In this document: positions 30,646 to 41,934 of the stretch, one piece after another
How positions within the stretch are numbered: position 1 is the stretch's first letter
How the letters are laid out: each line of letters starts with the position of its first letter
Source: an uncultured Verrucomicrobiae bacterium
Lineage (GTDB): Bacteria > Verrucomicrobiota > Verrucomicrobiia > Chthoniobacterales > UBA10450
Direction: 5' to 3'
Assembly: GCA_963834385.1 (NCBI GenBank)
Contig: CAWIBO010000005.1
Coordinates: 224,001-288,000, forward strand
DNA length: 64,000 bases
Program-made: the position numbers and the translations under genes
Notes under the pieces: model-generated
The model's input: the letters and a program-made list of their open reading frames with translations, nothing else
Told to the model about the DNA's origin: nothing
Database searches by the model: none

Positions 30646-31992
30646 ATGAAGGTAGAGCTGGAAAGACAGGCGGATTCCACGGCAACGCTGCGCATCGAAT
30701 TGGGGCCGGACCAGGTCTCAAAGGAGTGGGACGCCATCACGAACTCATTTGCCAAACACGCCCGCATTCCCGGTTATCGCCCGGGGAAGGCGCCGAAACG
30801 CGTGATCGAGGCCAAGTTTCGCAAAGAGATCCAGGATGAGCTGACCCAGAAACTGGTTTCCCGCAGCTATCACGAGGCCGTCGAGCGTGAGCGCCTCCGG
30901 GTTGTTTCCCTGACCAACGTCGATGATGTCGTCTTCGGCGACGACCGCTCCATGCGCTTTCGCGCGACCGTCGTGACCGCCCCGGAATTCGAACTGCCGG
31001 ATTACAAGAATCTGAAGGTCGAGATGCCGGACACCGCCGTGACCCCGGCGGAGATCGACGAGGCGGTCGAGCGGCTGCGCGAGCAGGCGGCCGATTTCGT
31101 TGATGCGCCCGAGCGGCCCCTGCAGATGGGCGACTTTGTCGTCATCGATTTTGAGGGCTCGGTTGAGGGCAAGCCGGTCGCCGAGATTGCGCCGGACTCG
31201 AGCCGGAATCTCCAGGGCGGCAAAAAATTCTGGCTGCATCTCGCGCCCGAAAATTTCCTGCCCGGCTTTTGCGAGAAACTGGTGGGCAAGGCCAAAGGCG
31301 AGACCACTCTGGTGCAGGTCGATTTTCCCGCGGATTTCCCGGTGGCGGCACTCGCCGGCCGGCGGGCGGATTACGCCGTGACGATCAACGAGGTCAAGGA
31401 CCGTGTGCTCCCGCCGCTGGATGACGAACTGGCGGCCAAGATCGTGCCGGGGAAGAATTTGGAAGAGCTCCGGCACATGATGGAGCACAATCTCGAGCAC
31501 GAGAAGGAGCATGCCGCGGAGAGGGCCAGGGAGAGCCAGATCGTCGAGCAGCTCCAGGCCGCGGTGCAATTCGAGCTGCCGCCGCCGCTCCTCCGGCAGG
31601 AAACCCGGCGCGCCCTCGGCGAGCTGGTGCGGCGGAACCGGGAGCGCGGGGTGCCCGATGACATCCTGAAGAACAAGGAGAAGGAACTCGTGGAAGGGGC
31701 CGGCGGCCTGGCGGCCCATCGGCTCAAGACCAATTTCATCCTGCACCGGATCGCCGAGCAGGAGAAAATTTCCGTGACCCGCCAGGAGGTCGACGAACGT
31801 ATTGGAGAGGAGGCGCAGCGTTACAACCTGACTCCCGAAAAGATGAGAAAAGAGCTGGAGGAACACGGCGGGCTCGACGGTCTGGCCGAGGAAGTGCTTC
31901 TGGGTAAGACTCTTGCTTTCCTGAAGGCCAATGTTAGCGTCGAGCGGGCCTCGGGAACGACGGCTGAAAGCGACGCGACCGACCAAAAATGA
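30646..31992 (+). CDS. tig: Trigger factor
   Basis: [10 protein letters not shown] ribosome-binding motif, FKBP-like middle domain; precedes clpP-clpX. Confidence 0.95.
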   Translation: MKVELERQADSTATLRIELGPDQVSKEWDAITNSFAKHARIPGYRPGKAPKRVIEAKFRKEIQDELTQKLVSRSYHEAVERERLRVVSLTNVDDVVFGDDRSMRFRATVVTAPEFELPDYKNLKVEMPDTAVTPAEIDEAVERLREQAADFVDAPERPLQMGDFVVIDFEGSVEGKPVAEIAPDSSRNLQGGKKFWLHLAPENFLPGFCEKLVGKAKGETTLVQVDFPADFPVAALAGRRADYAVTINEVKDRVLPPLDDELAAKIVPGKNLEELRHMMEHNLEHEKEHAAERARESQIVEQLQAAVQFELPPPLLRQETRRALGELVRRNRERGVPDDILKNKEKELVEGAGGLAAHRLKTNFILHRIAEQEKISVTRQEVDERIGEEAQRYNLTPEKMRKELEEHGGLDGLAEEVLLGKTLAFLKANVSVERASGTTAESDATDQK

Positions 31993-32693
31993 TGACCAAC
32001 ATGAATCAGAACCGTTCGCAATCCGTGCTTATCCCGATGGTGGTGGAGCAGACCGGGCGCGGCGAGCGCAGCTACGACATCTACTCGCGGCTCCTGAAGG
32101 ATCGCATCGTCTTCATCGGCACGCCGATCGACGATCACATCGCCAACCTTGTCATCGCGCAGCTGCTCTTCCTGCAAATGGAGGACGCCAAGAAGGACAT
32201 CAATCTCTACATCAATTCGCCGGGCGGCTCCGTCACCGCCGGGCTCGCCATTTACGACACGATGCAGTTCCTCACCTGCGACGTGACCACCTACTGCCTC
32301 GGCATGGCGGCCAGCATGGGCGCGGTTCTGCTTTGCGCCGGGACCAAGGGCAAACGCTATGCCCTGCCGAATTCGGACATCATGATTCACCAGGTTTCCG
32401 GCGGCGCGCAGGGCCAGGCCAGCGACGTCGAGCGCACGGTCGAATACATGTTCAAGCTCAAGAAGCGGCTGATCCGCATCATCTCCCAGCACACCGGGCA
32501 GCCGGAGGAGAAGGTGAAACACGACTCCGATCGCGATTATTACATGTCGGCCGCGGAAGCGAAGGATTACGGCCTCGTTGACGAGGTGATTCAGTCCCGC
32601 AAGGAGGTCAAGCTGGCCGACGGGGCCAATGCCCCGGGGGACCGCTCCACCGCCGTGGCTGAGGCGGCCCTGCCGAGAAAAGTCGAGGAATAG
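31989..32693 (+). CDS. clpP: ATP-dependent Clp protease proteolytic subunit
   Basis: [41 protein letters not shown]. Confidence 0.97.
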   Translation: MMTNMNQNRSQSVLIPMVVEQTGRGERSYDIYSRLLKDRIVFIGTPIDDHIANLVIAQLLFLQMEDAKKDINLYINSPGGSVTAGLAIYDTMQFLTCDVTTYCLGMAASMGAVLLCAGTKGKRYALPNSDIMIHQVSGGAQGQASDVERTVEYMFKLKKRLIRIISQHTGQPEEKVKHDSDRDYYMSAAEAKDYGLVDEVIQSRKEVKLADGANAPGDRSTAVAEAALPRKVEE

Positions 32694-32715
32694 AAACTGC
32701 TTTCCAAGGCCCGAT

Positions 32716-33997
32716 ATGGCGCGCGCTTCCAACCTCACCATGTGCTCCTTCTGTGGCAAAAGCCACGCGGAGGTCCGGAAGCTCATCGCCGGTCCCGGGG
32801 TCTACATTTGCGACAGTTGCATCAACGTCTGCAAAGGCATCCTCGACAAGGAGCTGAACGAGGACGCCCGCCGGCAATCCTCCAACATCCGCGTGCCGAA
32901 ACCGGCGGATATCCGGCAGTCGCTCGACGATTACGTCATCGGGCAGGACACCGCCAAAAAGACGCTCTCGGTCGCGGTCCACAACCATTACAAGCGGATC
33001 CTCCAAACCACTTCGCCCGCGGACGCTTCCGCCGCCTTCCAGCCTGATCCTTTCGCCGACGTCGAGATCGAGAAGAGCAATATCCTGCTGATCGGGCCGA
33101 CCGGCTCCGGCAAGACGCTTCTGGCCAAGACGCTGGCCAGCATTCTCGATGTGCCATTTTGCATCGCCGACGCCACCACCCTGACCGAGGCCGGTTACGT
33201 GGGCGAGGATGTGGAAAACATCGTGCTGCGCCTGCTCCAGAACGCCGATTACGACGTGAAACGCGCCGAGATCGGCATCGTCTACATCGACGAGATCGAC
33301 AAGATCGGGCGCAAGACCGACAACGTCAGCATCACGCGCGACGTTTCCGGCGAAGGCGTGCAGCAGGCGCTGTTGAAGATTCTCGAGGGCAGCACCTGCA
33401 ACGTGCCGCCGCAGGGCGGCCGCAAGCATCCGCACCAGGAATATATCCAGGTGAACACCGAGAAGATTCTCTTCATCTGCGGCGGCGCCTTTGTTGGCCT
33501 CGACAAAATCGTGCAGAAACGCGTCGGCAACAAAACGATGGGTTTCGGCAGCATGGGGGTGGAGGCGGAGGACGAGCTGGCCCGGCAGGCCGTGCGCCAG
33601 GTGGAACCGGAAGACCTGCTCGGTTTCGGCATGATTCCCGAGTTCATCGGGCGTCTCCCGGTGGTGACCGCGCTCGATGCCCTGACCGAGGATGAGATGC
33701 TGGCCATCCTGACCGAGACCGAAGAACGCGATGGTGAAACAGTATACCAAGCTCTTTGCCATGGAAGGCGTGCGCCTGACCGTGACCAAGGATGCCCTGC
33801 GGGCGCTGGCCGCGCAGGCCGTGACCAAGGGCACCGGGGCGCGCGCGCTCCGTTCCATGCTCGAGCGCCTCATGCTCGACATTATGTATGACGTGCCGAG
33901 CCGCGAGGATATCGCCGAGGTCACGATCAATCGCGCCGTGGTGGATGGGAAAAAGCTCCCTCTCATCCGCAAGAAGCAGGACAAGGACGCCGCCTGA
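32716..33997 (+). CDS. clpX: ATP-dependent Clp protease ATPase ClpX (one apparent frameshift near 33720)
   Basis: CSFCGK zinc domain, [39 protein letters not shown] in the second frame. Confidence 0.97.
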
Positions 33998-34064
33998 GGC
34001 CGCGCCGGTTTGCCGGCGGCGCTGATCGCGCGATTTTCCGCCAGCCCTGCGCTACGGTTGCCGG

Positions 34065-35306
34065 GTGAAATCCATGCGGGTCATCGTGATCAACACCGGG
34101 ACGGAGATCCTTCTCGGTGATGTCATCAACACCCACCTGGCCTACCTGGCCCGGCAGTTCCTGCCGTTTGGCGTCCGCCTCGAGCGCCAGCTGACCATCC
34201 CGGACGGCACGGCCATCGCGGTGGCCCTGGGCGAGGCTTTTGCCGTGGCCGATCTTGTCCTGGTCACGGGCGGCCTCGGACCGACCACGGATGATGTGAC
34301 GCGCGAGATCGTGGCTTCGCTCCTGGAACTTCCCCTTCAGCCTGACGCCGGGGTGATGGCGGCGATCGAGGCCCGGGCACGGCTGCGCCGGTTTCCTGTG
34401 ACCGATCGGATGCGCCGTCAGGCGCTCGTGCCGGCGGGCGCCCGCGTTCTGCCCAACCATAATGGGACCGCGCCCGGGCTTTATTTTCCTCCGGGGTTGA
34501 AACCGGATGGCTCCCTGCCGCACCTGTTTCTTCTGCCGGGACCGCCGCGTGAGCTTTACCCGATGTTCGAGGCCTCGGCCCTCCCGCTCTTGCGCGAAAT
34601 CATCCCGGTTGATCCGGACTTTGCCTGTCGCACCCTGTTCCTGAGCGGGATCGGCGAGTCGCTGGTGGAGGAAGCGGTGGGGGAGGAGTTGCTTGCCACC
34701 GGCGAGATCGAGCTGGGCTATTGCGCGCGGCCCGGACAGGTGGACGTCCGCCTTATCGGCGGTCGCGGGCCGGTGGCCAAAGCCGAAAAACTGATCCGGG
34801 AGAAGCTGGGTCGCCACGTTTTTTCCGCGGCGGAAGAATCGCTCGAGCAGGTGGTGGTCGCGCTCCTGCAGAAACGCGGCGAGACCCTGGCGCTGGCGGA
34901 ATCGTGCACCGGTGGTCTGCTGGCGCATCGGGTGACGAATGTCCCGGGCGCTTCCGCCGTTTTCCTGGCGGGTTACGTGACCTATGCCAATGAAGCCAAG
35001 ACGGATCTTTGCGGTGTGCCCGCCGGTTTGATCGAGCAGCAGGGCGCCGTCAGCGAGGAAGTCGCGCGGGCCATGGCGGAAGGCGCGCGGCAACGGGCGG
35101 GCTCGACCTGGGCGCTGGCCATCACGGGGATCGCCGGCCCCGGCGGGGGCACGGCGGCAAAGCCGGTTGGGACCGTCTTCATCGCCCTCGCTGCCGCGGG
35201 CGGCAGCAGCGTGAACGGCTATAATTTTGCGGGAGACCGGGAGAGCTTCAAGCAACTGGCCACGCAGACCGCGCTGAATCTGCTCTGGCGGGCCTTGCAG
35301 CCTTAA
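34065..35306 (+). CDS. cinA: CinA / competence-damage inducible protein (NMN deamidase domain)
   Basis: GTEILLG, TGGLGPT.DD.TR, GTAPG, LPGPPRE, AESCTGG, GAVSEE, TGIAGPGG. Confidence 0.93.
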   Translation: MKSMRVIVINTGTEILLGDVINTHLAYLARQFLPFGVRLERQLTIPDGTAIAVALGEAFAVADLVLVTGGLGPTTDDVTREIVASLLELPLQPDAGVMAAIEARARLRRFPVTDRMRRQALVPAGARVLPNHNGTAPGLYFPPGLKPDGSLPHLFLLPGPPRELYPMFEASALPLLREIIPVDPDFACRTLFLSGIGESLVEEAVGEELLATGEIELGYCARPGQVDVRLIGGRGPVAKAEKLIREKLGRHVFSAAEESLEQVVVALLQKRGETLALAESCTGGLLAHRVTNVPGASAVFLAGYVTYANEAKTDLCGVPAGLIEQQGAVSEEVARAMAEGARQRAGSTWALAITGIAGPGGGTAAKPVGTVFIALAAAGGSSVNGYNFAGDRESFKQLATQTALNLLWRALQP

Positions 35307-35315
35307 GACGCTCCC

Positions 35316-35981
35316 TCAGGGAACCACCGAGACCGGGGTGCCGATCTTGACCCGGTTAAAAAACATCTCGGCGGCCTGCGGCGGCATGCGGATGCAGCCG
35401 TGCGAGGCGGGGTAGCCGGGCAAAATTCCCACGTGCATGCCCACGCCATCACCGGTCAGGCGCATGAACCATTTCATGGGCGCGCCGACAAAGTGCGTCC
35501 CGCTCGGGGCCGAGTCGATCCGGACGCTGACGCCCGCGCGAACGATGCGTCCCTTCGAGTCACGGAAATCGCCGTAGAGATTGGAGGCGTGGTTCTTGTC
35601 CTTCTCCATGATCTTGAAGGTGCCGGTGGGCGTGAGACCGGTCCGTTTCCCCGAGGAGATGGGTGAATCGATGACCACGGCGTCGCCGACGCGCAACTGC
35701 GCGCGTTGCCCGGAAAGGGAGATGAGAACGTTGGTGGTGGCGGAGTTGGCCTCAGGCAGCAGACTTTCATTGATGGAAATGGGATCCTGTTTCCGGATCA
35801 GCTCGCTCGCTTTCCGCATCGGGCGGGGCCGGGTCGGCCGCGCGGCGATACGGGGCGCCGGGGTGGGCGTCCGCTTTTGATATTTTTGGTTGAACGGCGC
35901 GCGCGTCTGGCTCCAGCCCGGCTGGCTGCCGAGGGACAGGGCCAGGAGCAGGAAAGCGAGGGGAAACAGGCGAGATTTCAT
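35316..35981 (-). CDS. Secreted L,D-transpeptidase (YkuD family)
   Basis: Signal peptide; PISSG, TPTGTF, MHVG..PGYPASHGCIRM. Confidence 0.9.
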   Translation of the reverse strand: MKSRLFPLAFLLLALSLGSQPGWSQTRAPFNQKYQKRTPTPAPRIAARPTRPRPMRKASELIRKQDPISINESLLPEANSATTNVLISLSGQRAQLRVGDAVVIDSPISSGKRTGLTPTGTFKIMEKDKNHASNLYGDFRDSKGRIVRAGVSVRIDSAPSGTHFVGAPMKWFMRLTGDGVGMHVGILPGYPASHGCIRMPPQAAEMFFNRVKIGTPVSVVP

Positions 35982-36805
35982 TCGCGGGCGTAGGTATCGG
36001 TGCGCTTCAGCCAGCCGGCCAGCCAGCGCGCTTCGTTCCGTTCAGATGGTGAATTCTTCACGCGCTGCGTCAAGACCGCTTTCGCGGCCCGGGAAAACTC
36101 GGGCAGCGGCGGTTTGTCTTCGCGCATGGCGGCCAGGACCTGCAGCAGCCCCCAGCCTTCACCCCGGTAACGCTCGGTCGATTTCACCCCTTCGCCCTTG
36201 AAATTCACATAGTCGATCAGGGCGTAGCATCCCTGCGCCGAGGCGCCGACCCGTTCGAAGTTTTGCCGGATGGCGGCATGCTCGGAGGAAGGGGCCGCCT
36301 GCAGCATCTTGGGCAGGGCTTGCTCCAGCCGCTGCACGAGAAACCGGGCCTGCAGGTCGATCTGGTCGGCCAGGAACTGGCGGAGCGCCTTCATCCGCGA
36401 CGAATCCCGCTCGCGCAGGAACTCGGCCCGCGTCGCCCAGGGGCAGGGGGGAACCGGGTGGCCGGCAAGGAAGGAAGGGAGGGTGACGCCTTCCCGGCGC
36501 GCGAAAGCCACCAGTTTGGGAAAACTTTCGTCGAAAGGCCCCTCCACCCCGGCCGGGTACCAGATGAAATGGCCAATCCCGAGGGAGGCGAAATTTTCGC
36601 CCACGTTCCAGGAGGTGAGGCCGCTGACGGTGCCGCCACACTCGTTTTGCCAGATTTTTTTGCCGATCCGGCGGGCCTCGGCCGGGGTGAGATCGACGCC
36701 GGCCGCGGGGCCGGCCGGGAGGGCGAGAAAGAGGAGGGCCAGGAGGAGGGTCCACCTTGACGCCCCGCGGTTCCCCGCTAGCGTGATTTTCCCGAGCGGC
36801 CGCAT
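35978..36805 (-). CDS. Secreted hypothetical protein, possibly lysozyme-like
   Basis: Hydrophobic signal segment; IWQNECGG...SLGIGHFIW; C-terminal WLAGWLKR; 4-nt overlap with the LDT gene; start uncertain. Confidence 0.75.
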   Translation of the reverse strand: MRPLGKITLAGNRGASRWTLLLALLFLALPAGPAAGVDLTPAEARRIGKKIWQNECGGTVSGLTSWNVGENFASLGIGHFIWYPAGVEGPFDESFPKLVAFARREGVTLPSFLAGHPVPPCPWATRAEFLRERDSSRMKALRQFLADQIDLQARFLVQRLEQALPKMLQAAPSSEHAAIRQNFERVGASAQGCYALIDYVNFKGEGVKSTERYRGEGWGLLQVLAAMREDKPPLPEFSRAAKAVLTQRVKNSPSERNEARWLAGWLKRTDTYARE

Positions 36806-36835
36806 GGCGCGGTCCTTGGTTACCTGGTAAAAATT

Positions 36836-37606
36836 ATGCATCGTTTCGCTCTTTGTTTAACCGTCTGTCTCCTGGCTCTTCCCGCTTTCGCCCAGAACCG
36901 GCCAAACCTGAAAGACCAGAAGGATAAGGTGAGCTATAGCATTGGCCTCGATATCGGCGCCACCTTTAAGAAGCAGAACATGGACATCAACCCGGATATC
37001 CTCTCGGCCGGCCTGAAGGATGCCATGACCGGGGCCGACCCTCTCATGAACGAGCAGCAGATGCAGGAAGTGCTGATGGCCTTCTCGAAGGAGATGCGTG
37101 ACAAACAAATGGTCGCGGCCAAGGAAGCAGCCGGCAAAAACACCGCCGCGGGAGAGAAGTTCCTGGCGGAGAACAAGGCCAAGCCGGGAGTGAAAACCAC
37201 GGCGAGCGGGCTGCAATACAAGGTGATCCAGGAGGGATCGGGACCGATGCCGAAGGAATCCGACGTAGTCGTGACCCATTACCGCGGGCGGTTGCTCGAC
37301 GGCAAGGAGTTCGACAGCTCCTACAAGCGCAACGAACCGGCCACCTTCCCGGTCAACGGCGTGATCAAGGGCTGGACCGAGGCGTTGCAGCTGATGAAGG
37401 TCGGCTCAAAGTATGAACTCTACATTCCCGCCAGCCTGGCCTACGGCGAGCGCGGCGCCGGGCAGGATATCGGCCCGAATGAGACCCTGATTTTCGAGGT
37501 GGAGTTGAAGGACATCAAGAAGCCGGAAGCTGCCGCCACTTCTGCCGGCAGTCCCGCAGCCGCGGCGGCCCCGAGCCCGGCAGCCAAGGCCTCACCGAAG
37601 AAATAA
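36836..37606 (+). CDS. FKBP-type peptidyl-prolyl isomerase (FkpA/Mip-like)
   Basis: SYSIG, TASGLQY, HYRG.L.DG.EFDSS, VIKGWTEAL, LIFEVEL. Confidence 0.95.
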   Translation: MHRFALCLTVCLLALPAFAQNRPNLKDQKDKVSYSIGLDIGATFKKQNMDINPDILSAGLKDAMTGADPLMNEQQMQEVLMAFSKEMRDKQMVAAKEAAGKNTAAGEKFLAENKAKPGVKTTASGLQYKVIQEGSGPMPKESDVVVTHYRGRLLDGKEFDSSYKRNEPATFPVNGVIKGWTEALQLMKVGSKYELYIPASLAYGERGAGQDIGPNETLIFEVELKDIKKPEAAATSAGSPAAAAAPSPAAKASPKK

Positions 37607-37619
37607 CCGGGGCACCGGT

Positions 37620-37988
37620 TCAACTCGCCGGGGAATCGGCGGGCGCTTCCCACGGGAGACGGGGCGCGTCGCCCCAGAGGTCTTCCAGGCTGTAGAACTC
37701 ACGTTTCTCGCTGTGGAAAATGTGCACGATCACCTGCATGTAATCGAGCACGAGCCAATGGCTGGCCGGAAACCCGTCCACCGCCGCGGCCCGGGTCTGA
37801 TGGTCGGTTTTCAACCGGCCCTCGATCTCTCCCGCGATGGCCTTGAGATGAGGCTCCGAGGTGCCTGAGCAGATCACGAAAAAATCCGTGAAGGTCGAGA
37901 TATCGCGCAGATCAAGCACGACGATCTGTTCCGCTTTCTTGTCGGCGGCATATTCCGCGCACAACCTGGCTAATGATTCGGCGGTGAT
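37620..37988 (-). CDS. rsfS: Ribosome silencing factor RsfS (start uncertain: TTG 37964 or ATC 37988)
   Basis: DKKAEQIVVLDL, TDFFVICSG, WLVLDY, VHIF....REFYSLEDLW; follows nadD. Confidence 0.93.
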   Translation of the reverse strand: MTAESLARLCAEYAADKKAEQIVVLDLRDISTFTDFFVICSGTSEPHLKAIAGEIEGRLKTDHQTRAAAVDGFPASHWLVLDYMQVIVHIFHSEKREFYSLEDLWGDAPRLPWEAPADSPAS

Positions 37989-38554
37989 GTGAGTGGTGCC
38001 TGGTATAGGTTATGTCGCCGAATGATTTCCTCCACCGGCGGCGGTACGAGATAACGAATGGAACGGCCTTGCGCAACCCTGTTTCGGATTTCGGTCGCGG
38101 AGATGTCGATCCGCCGGTCGACCGAAGGGAAGGGGAGGGCATCCTGCCCCGGGCCGCGGCGCAGGACGATGAATTGCACCGCCTTCTTCAATTCCTCGAA
38201 ACGGTGCCAGGTGGAGAGCCGCGGAAGATTGTCCTCCCCCACGCAATAGAAAAACTCCGCCTCGGGCCAGTCGCCCCGCATGCTCTCGATCGTCTCGATC
38301 GCATAGGAAGGCGCGGGACGTTGCAATTCGCGCTCGTCCAGGCAGAAGCGCTCCTCGCCACCGAGGGCAGCCCGGATCATCTCGACCCGCTGCGCGCCGT
38401 CGGCCACGGGCCCACCCGTTTTGTGCGGGGAGGCCGCCGCCGGGACGAAAAGCATTTCGTCCAGCTCGAAACTTTCCAGGACGGCCCGGGCCAGGAGCAG
38501 ATGCCCGTGATGAATCGGGTCAAACGTGCCCCCGTAAATTCCAATTTTGCTCAA
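37970..38554 (-). CDS. nadD: Nicotinate-nucleotide adenylyltransferase
   Basis: GIYGGTFDPIHHGHL, SPHK, PSYAIET, ISATEIR. Confidence 0.95.
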   Translation of the reverse strand: MSKIGIYGGTFDPIHHGHLLLARAVLESFELDEMLFVPAAASPHKTGGPVADGAQRVEMIRAALGGEERFCLDERELQRPAPSYAIETIESMRGDWPEAEFFYCVGEDNLPRLSTWHRFEELKKAVQFIVLRRGPGQDALPFPSVDRRIDISATEIRNRVAQGRSIRYLVPPPVEEIIRRHNLYQAPLTSPPNH

Positions 38555-38598
38555 GTCTTTCTTTTCGCGGCTAATCACCGCTAAGTAGCACCGAGCGT

Positions 38599-39700
38599 AT
38601 GGGGAGCGATTCTCTTGGTCAACTGATCCTTGCCGGTGTGCCCGGGCCCGAACTGGACCCGGAAACGGCCGCGCTTTTCCGCCGGGTGAAGCCCGGCGCC
38701 TTTATTCTTTTCGGGCGCAATATCCAGACGCCGGAACAGTTGCGGAAGCTGATCGATGACCTGCGCGACCTGAGCGAGGTGGAGCCGATCGTCACGATCG
38801 ACCAGGAAGGCGGCCGGGTTTCGCGGCTCCGTCTGCTCGGGAACGAACCGCCGAACGCCCAGCAGTTGCGCGACAAGGGCGAGGTCGGGCTGGTCCGCCG
38901 GCATGGCGACATCACCGGCCGGCTGCTCCGGCTTTTCGGGTTTAATCTCGATCTCTGCCCGGTCCTCGACATTTCCTTCGACGACGAGGCGGACAATTCC
39001 CTGCGGGGCCGCTGTTACGGCCGCGATCCCGATGAAGTGGTGCGGCTGGCGGGCGCGTTCAATGCCGGGATGCGCGGGCAGGGGATCGCGAGCTGCGGCA
39101 AACATTTTCCCGGTTATTCCGCGGCCACGCTCGACGCGCACCACGACCTGCCCAGGATCGATCGCACCCGCGAGGAACTGGAGCGGGACGAGCTGCAGGT
39201 CTTTCGCCGGCTGGCGGGCGAGATGGACAGCATGATGATCTGTCACGGGTGGTATCCCTGTTTTGACGCCGCGAAACGGCCGGCATCCCTTTCCCGGACG
39301 ATTGTCACCGACCTGCTCCGGCGCGAAATGGGTTTTGCCGGGCTGATCATGACCGACGACCTCGACATGGGGGCGATCCTGAATGAGTTCAGCCTCGAGG
39401 AGACGATCCGCCTGGTGATCGCGGCGGGGAACGACCTGGCGATGATTTGCCATCGGGTCCCGGAAATTGAGGCGGTCGCCCGGGTGCTCGAAAGCCTGCC
39501 GGTCGACGCAGATCGCGGGAGCCCTGGAGAGGGTGGCGGCATTCAAGGAGCGGCTGGCCCCGCCCGCGCCGTTTTCCGTGGAGGCTTTCCGCGCGGTCGA
39601 CGCCGAGATCTGGGACCTGCGCGTCGCCGTCCTGGGCGAAGAGCAGGCGGCGCAACGCTCGCCGGAGGATGGGAAGCGTTCGCCGGTGGAACTCTATTAG
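38599..39700 (+). CDS. nagZ: Beta-N-acetylhexosaminidase, GH3 (one apparent frameshift near 39505)
   Basis: ILFGRN, IDQEGGRVSRL, PVLD, KHFPG...DAHH, TDDLDMGA. Confidence 0.88.
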
Positions 39701-39727
39701 GAGGGCCTCATCCCGCCGCGGCGGCGG

Positions 39728-39756
39728 TTGACGATGCTGCACAGAGCCCATAACAT
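39728..39756 (+). promoter_or_regulatory. Sigma70 promoter in leaderless configuration
   Basis: TTGACG-17 nt-TAACAT; GTG start 6 nt downstream. Confidence 0.7.
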
Positions 39757-39762
39757 CCGCCC

Positions 39763-40467
39763 GTGTTAGCGGAATTGGAACAGCTGCTCGTCCTGCAGGA
39801 CAGGCAGCAAAAGATCCGGCATATCCAGGCCGAGGCCCGGACCATTCCGCTGCAACGCAAGCAGCTCGAAGGGCAGGCGACCGCGGCCGCGGCGGAATTT
39901 GAGGCGGCGCGTCAGCGTCTGCGCCAGCTGGAAGTCGATCGCAAGAAACTGGAGCTGGATGTGGGCACCCGGCAGGACAGCATCGCGAAGTTGCGCACCC
40001 AGCAGTACGAGACGCGCAAGAACGAGGAGTTCCAGGCGATGGGGAACGAGATCCAGCGATACGAGAAGGAAATTTCCCAGCTGGAAGACCAGGAACTGGA
40101 GCTGATGGAACGCGCCGACAAGCTCAAGGTGGAGGTGGCGGCGGAGGAGAAGAAGGCGGCCGCGGCGCGCGAATCAATTGATCGGCAGCTGGTCGACCTG
40201 GAGGAAAAGGCAAAGGTTTTGGAGGGCCGGTTGCAGGGTCTCTCAAAAGAGCGCGAGGAAATCGCCGGCCGGATCGATGAGGACACCCTGGGAACGTTTG
40301 ACCGTCTTTTCGCGAGCAAGGGCGACGCGGCCATCGTGGCGCTCGAGCATGAAGTCTGCACCGGCTGCCACATGAAGGTGACCACGCAGACCGCGGTGCG
40401 GGCGAAGGGCGGACGGGAAATTGTGCACTGCGAACAGTGCGGCCGGATCCTTTTCGCCGCGGAGTAG
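39763..40467 (+). CDS. Coiled-coil C4 zinc-ribbon protein (CT398/CdsZ, HP0958-like)
   Basis: Long heptad coiled coil, then CTGCHM...CEQCGRIL. Confidence 0.88.
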   Translation: MLAELEQLLVLQDRQQKIRHIQAEARTIPLQRKQLEGQATAAAAEFEAARQRLRQLEVDRKKLELDVGTRQDSIAKLRTQQYETRKNEEFQAMGNEIQRYEKEISQLEDQELELMERADKLKVEVAAEEKKAAAARESIDRQLVDLEEKAKVLEGRLQGLSKEREEIAGRIDEDTLGTFDRLFASKGDAAIVALEHEVCTGCHMKVTTQTAVRAKGGREIVHCEQCGRILFAAE

Positions 40468-40484
40468 GGCTGCGGCCGGCGTCG

Positions 40485-41609
40485 TCAGACGTTGAAGCGG
40501 AACTCAACCACGTCGCCGTCCTTGACCACGTATTCCTTCCCCTCGATGCGAAGCTTGCCCGCTTCCCGGGCGCGGGCCTGTGAGCCCAGGGCGACCAGAT
40601 CGTCGAAGTGGACCACTTCGGCGGCGATGAAGCCCCGCTCAAAGTCCGAGTGAATCACGCCCGCGGCCGCGGGCGCCTTGTCGCCGTCGCGAATGGTCCA
40701 GGCGCGCGTTTCCTTCTCGCCCGTGGTGAGATAGGTCCGGAGCCCCAGGAGATGATAAACGGAACGGATAAGGGCGTTCACCCCGCTCCCCTCGACCCCC
40801 AGATCGCGCAGGAATTCCGCGGCTTCCGCTTCGCTCAGGTCGACCAGTTCGCTCTCGATCTGCGCGCTGATCACGACGGCCTCGGTGGCGAAGTGGCTTC
40901 GCGCATACTCTTCCACCGCCCGGACGTGCCGGGCCGCGGCGGTGTCTGCATCGGGCTGCTTGAGCGCCGCGAGGTCCGCTTCGCCGACGTTGCAGGCGAA
41001 GAGGGTCGGTTTCGAGGTGAGCAGGAAAAATTCGCGCGCCAGTTCCTTTTCGTCGTCGCCCAGGGCCGCCGTCACGGCCGGTTTCCCGGCATCGAGATGG
41101 GGCAGCAGCTTTTCGATCACCGCGGTCTCGGCTTTCGCGGTCTTGTTTCCGGCCCGGACTTCCTTCTGGAGACGGTCACGCCGCTTCTGCAGCGCAGCCA
41201 GGTCAGCCAGGATGAGCTCGGTGTTGATCACTTCGATGTCTCGCACGGGGTCGATCGAGCCGCTGACGTGGTGAATGTCGCCGCTCTCGAAGCAACGCAC
41301 CACCTGCACGATGGCGTTGACCTCGCGGATGTGGCTGAGGAACTGGTTCCCCAGGCCTTCGCCCGCGCTCGCGCCCTTCACCAGGCCGGCGATATCGACG
41401 AACTCGATCGCAGCCGGCACCGTCTTCTCCGATTTCGAAAGTTCCGAGAGCTTTCCCAGGCGATGGTCGGGCACGGTCACCACCCCGACGTTGGGATCGA
41501 TGGTGCAGAAGGGATAGTTGGCCGCCTGCGCCTTGCGGGTGCGGGTGACGGCATTGAAAAGGGTCGATTTACCGACGTTCGGGAGTCCAACAATTCCAGC
41601 GCTGAGCAT
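40485..41609 (-). CDS. ychF: Redox-regulated ATPase YchF
   Basis: [64 protein letters not shown]. Confidence 0.97.
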   Translation of the reverse strand: MLSAGIVGLPNVGKSTLFNAVTRTRKAQAANYPFCTIDPNVGVVTVPDHRLGKLSELSKSEKTVPAAIEFVDIAGLVKGASAGEGLGNQFLSHIREVNAIVQVVRCFESGDIHHVSGSIDPVRDIEVINTELILADLAALQKRRDRLQKEVRAGNKTAKAETAVIEKLLPHLDAGKPAVTAALGDDEKELAREFFLLTSKPTLFACNVGEADLAALKQPDADTAAARHVRAVEEYARSHFATEAVVISAQIESELVDLSEAEAAEFLRDLGVEGSGVNALIRSVYHLLGLRTYLTTGEKETRAWTIRDGDKAPAAAGVIHSDFERGFIAAEVVHFDDLVALGSQARAREAGKLRIEGKEYVVKDGDVVEFRFNV

Positions 41610-41683
41610 AAAGAGATAAAGGAAGGCTGACGGGGAAGAACGCGGCCCGGATGGCCCTGTGAACTTCTGAATCCGATTAGAAA

Positions 41684-41757
41684 TCGGGCCGGCGAGATTC
41701 GAACTCGCGACCTCTTGAACCCCATTCAAGCGCACTACCAAGCTGTGCTACGGCCCG
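41684..41757 (-). tRNA. tRNA-Pro (GGG); CCA not encoded
   Basis: Reverse complement folds as a cloverleaf: CGGGCCG acceptor, anticodon arm CTTGA-ATGGGGT-TCAAG, GTTCGAATC T loop. Confidence 0.95.
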
Positions 41758-41934
41758 TTTTCGGGGCCGGAATATTCACCGACCCGGCGGATGTGGCCAG
41801 CGTCTTTTTTCGGCGCAGGGCCGGCCGAGCATGGGGTCGTGCTGTTCGGGGCCCCCGGGTGGACGTTCCGCGGGTCGCCGCGGTTTTTCTCTCGTTTGCG
41901 GGGCTTCTTTTTTGCAGACTCCGCCCTGTCCCCT

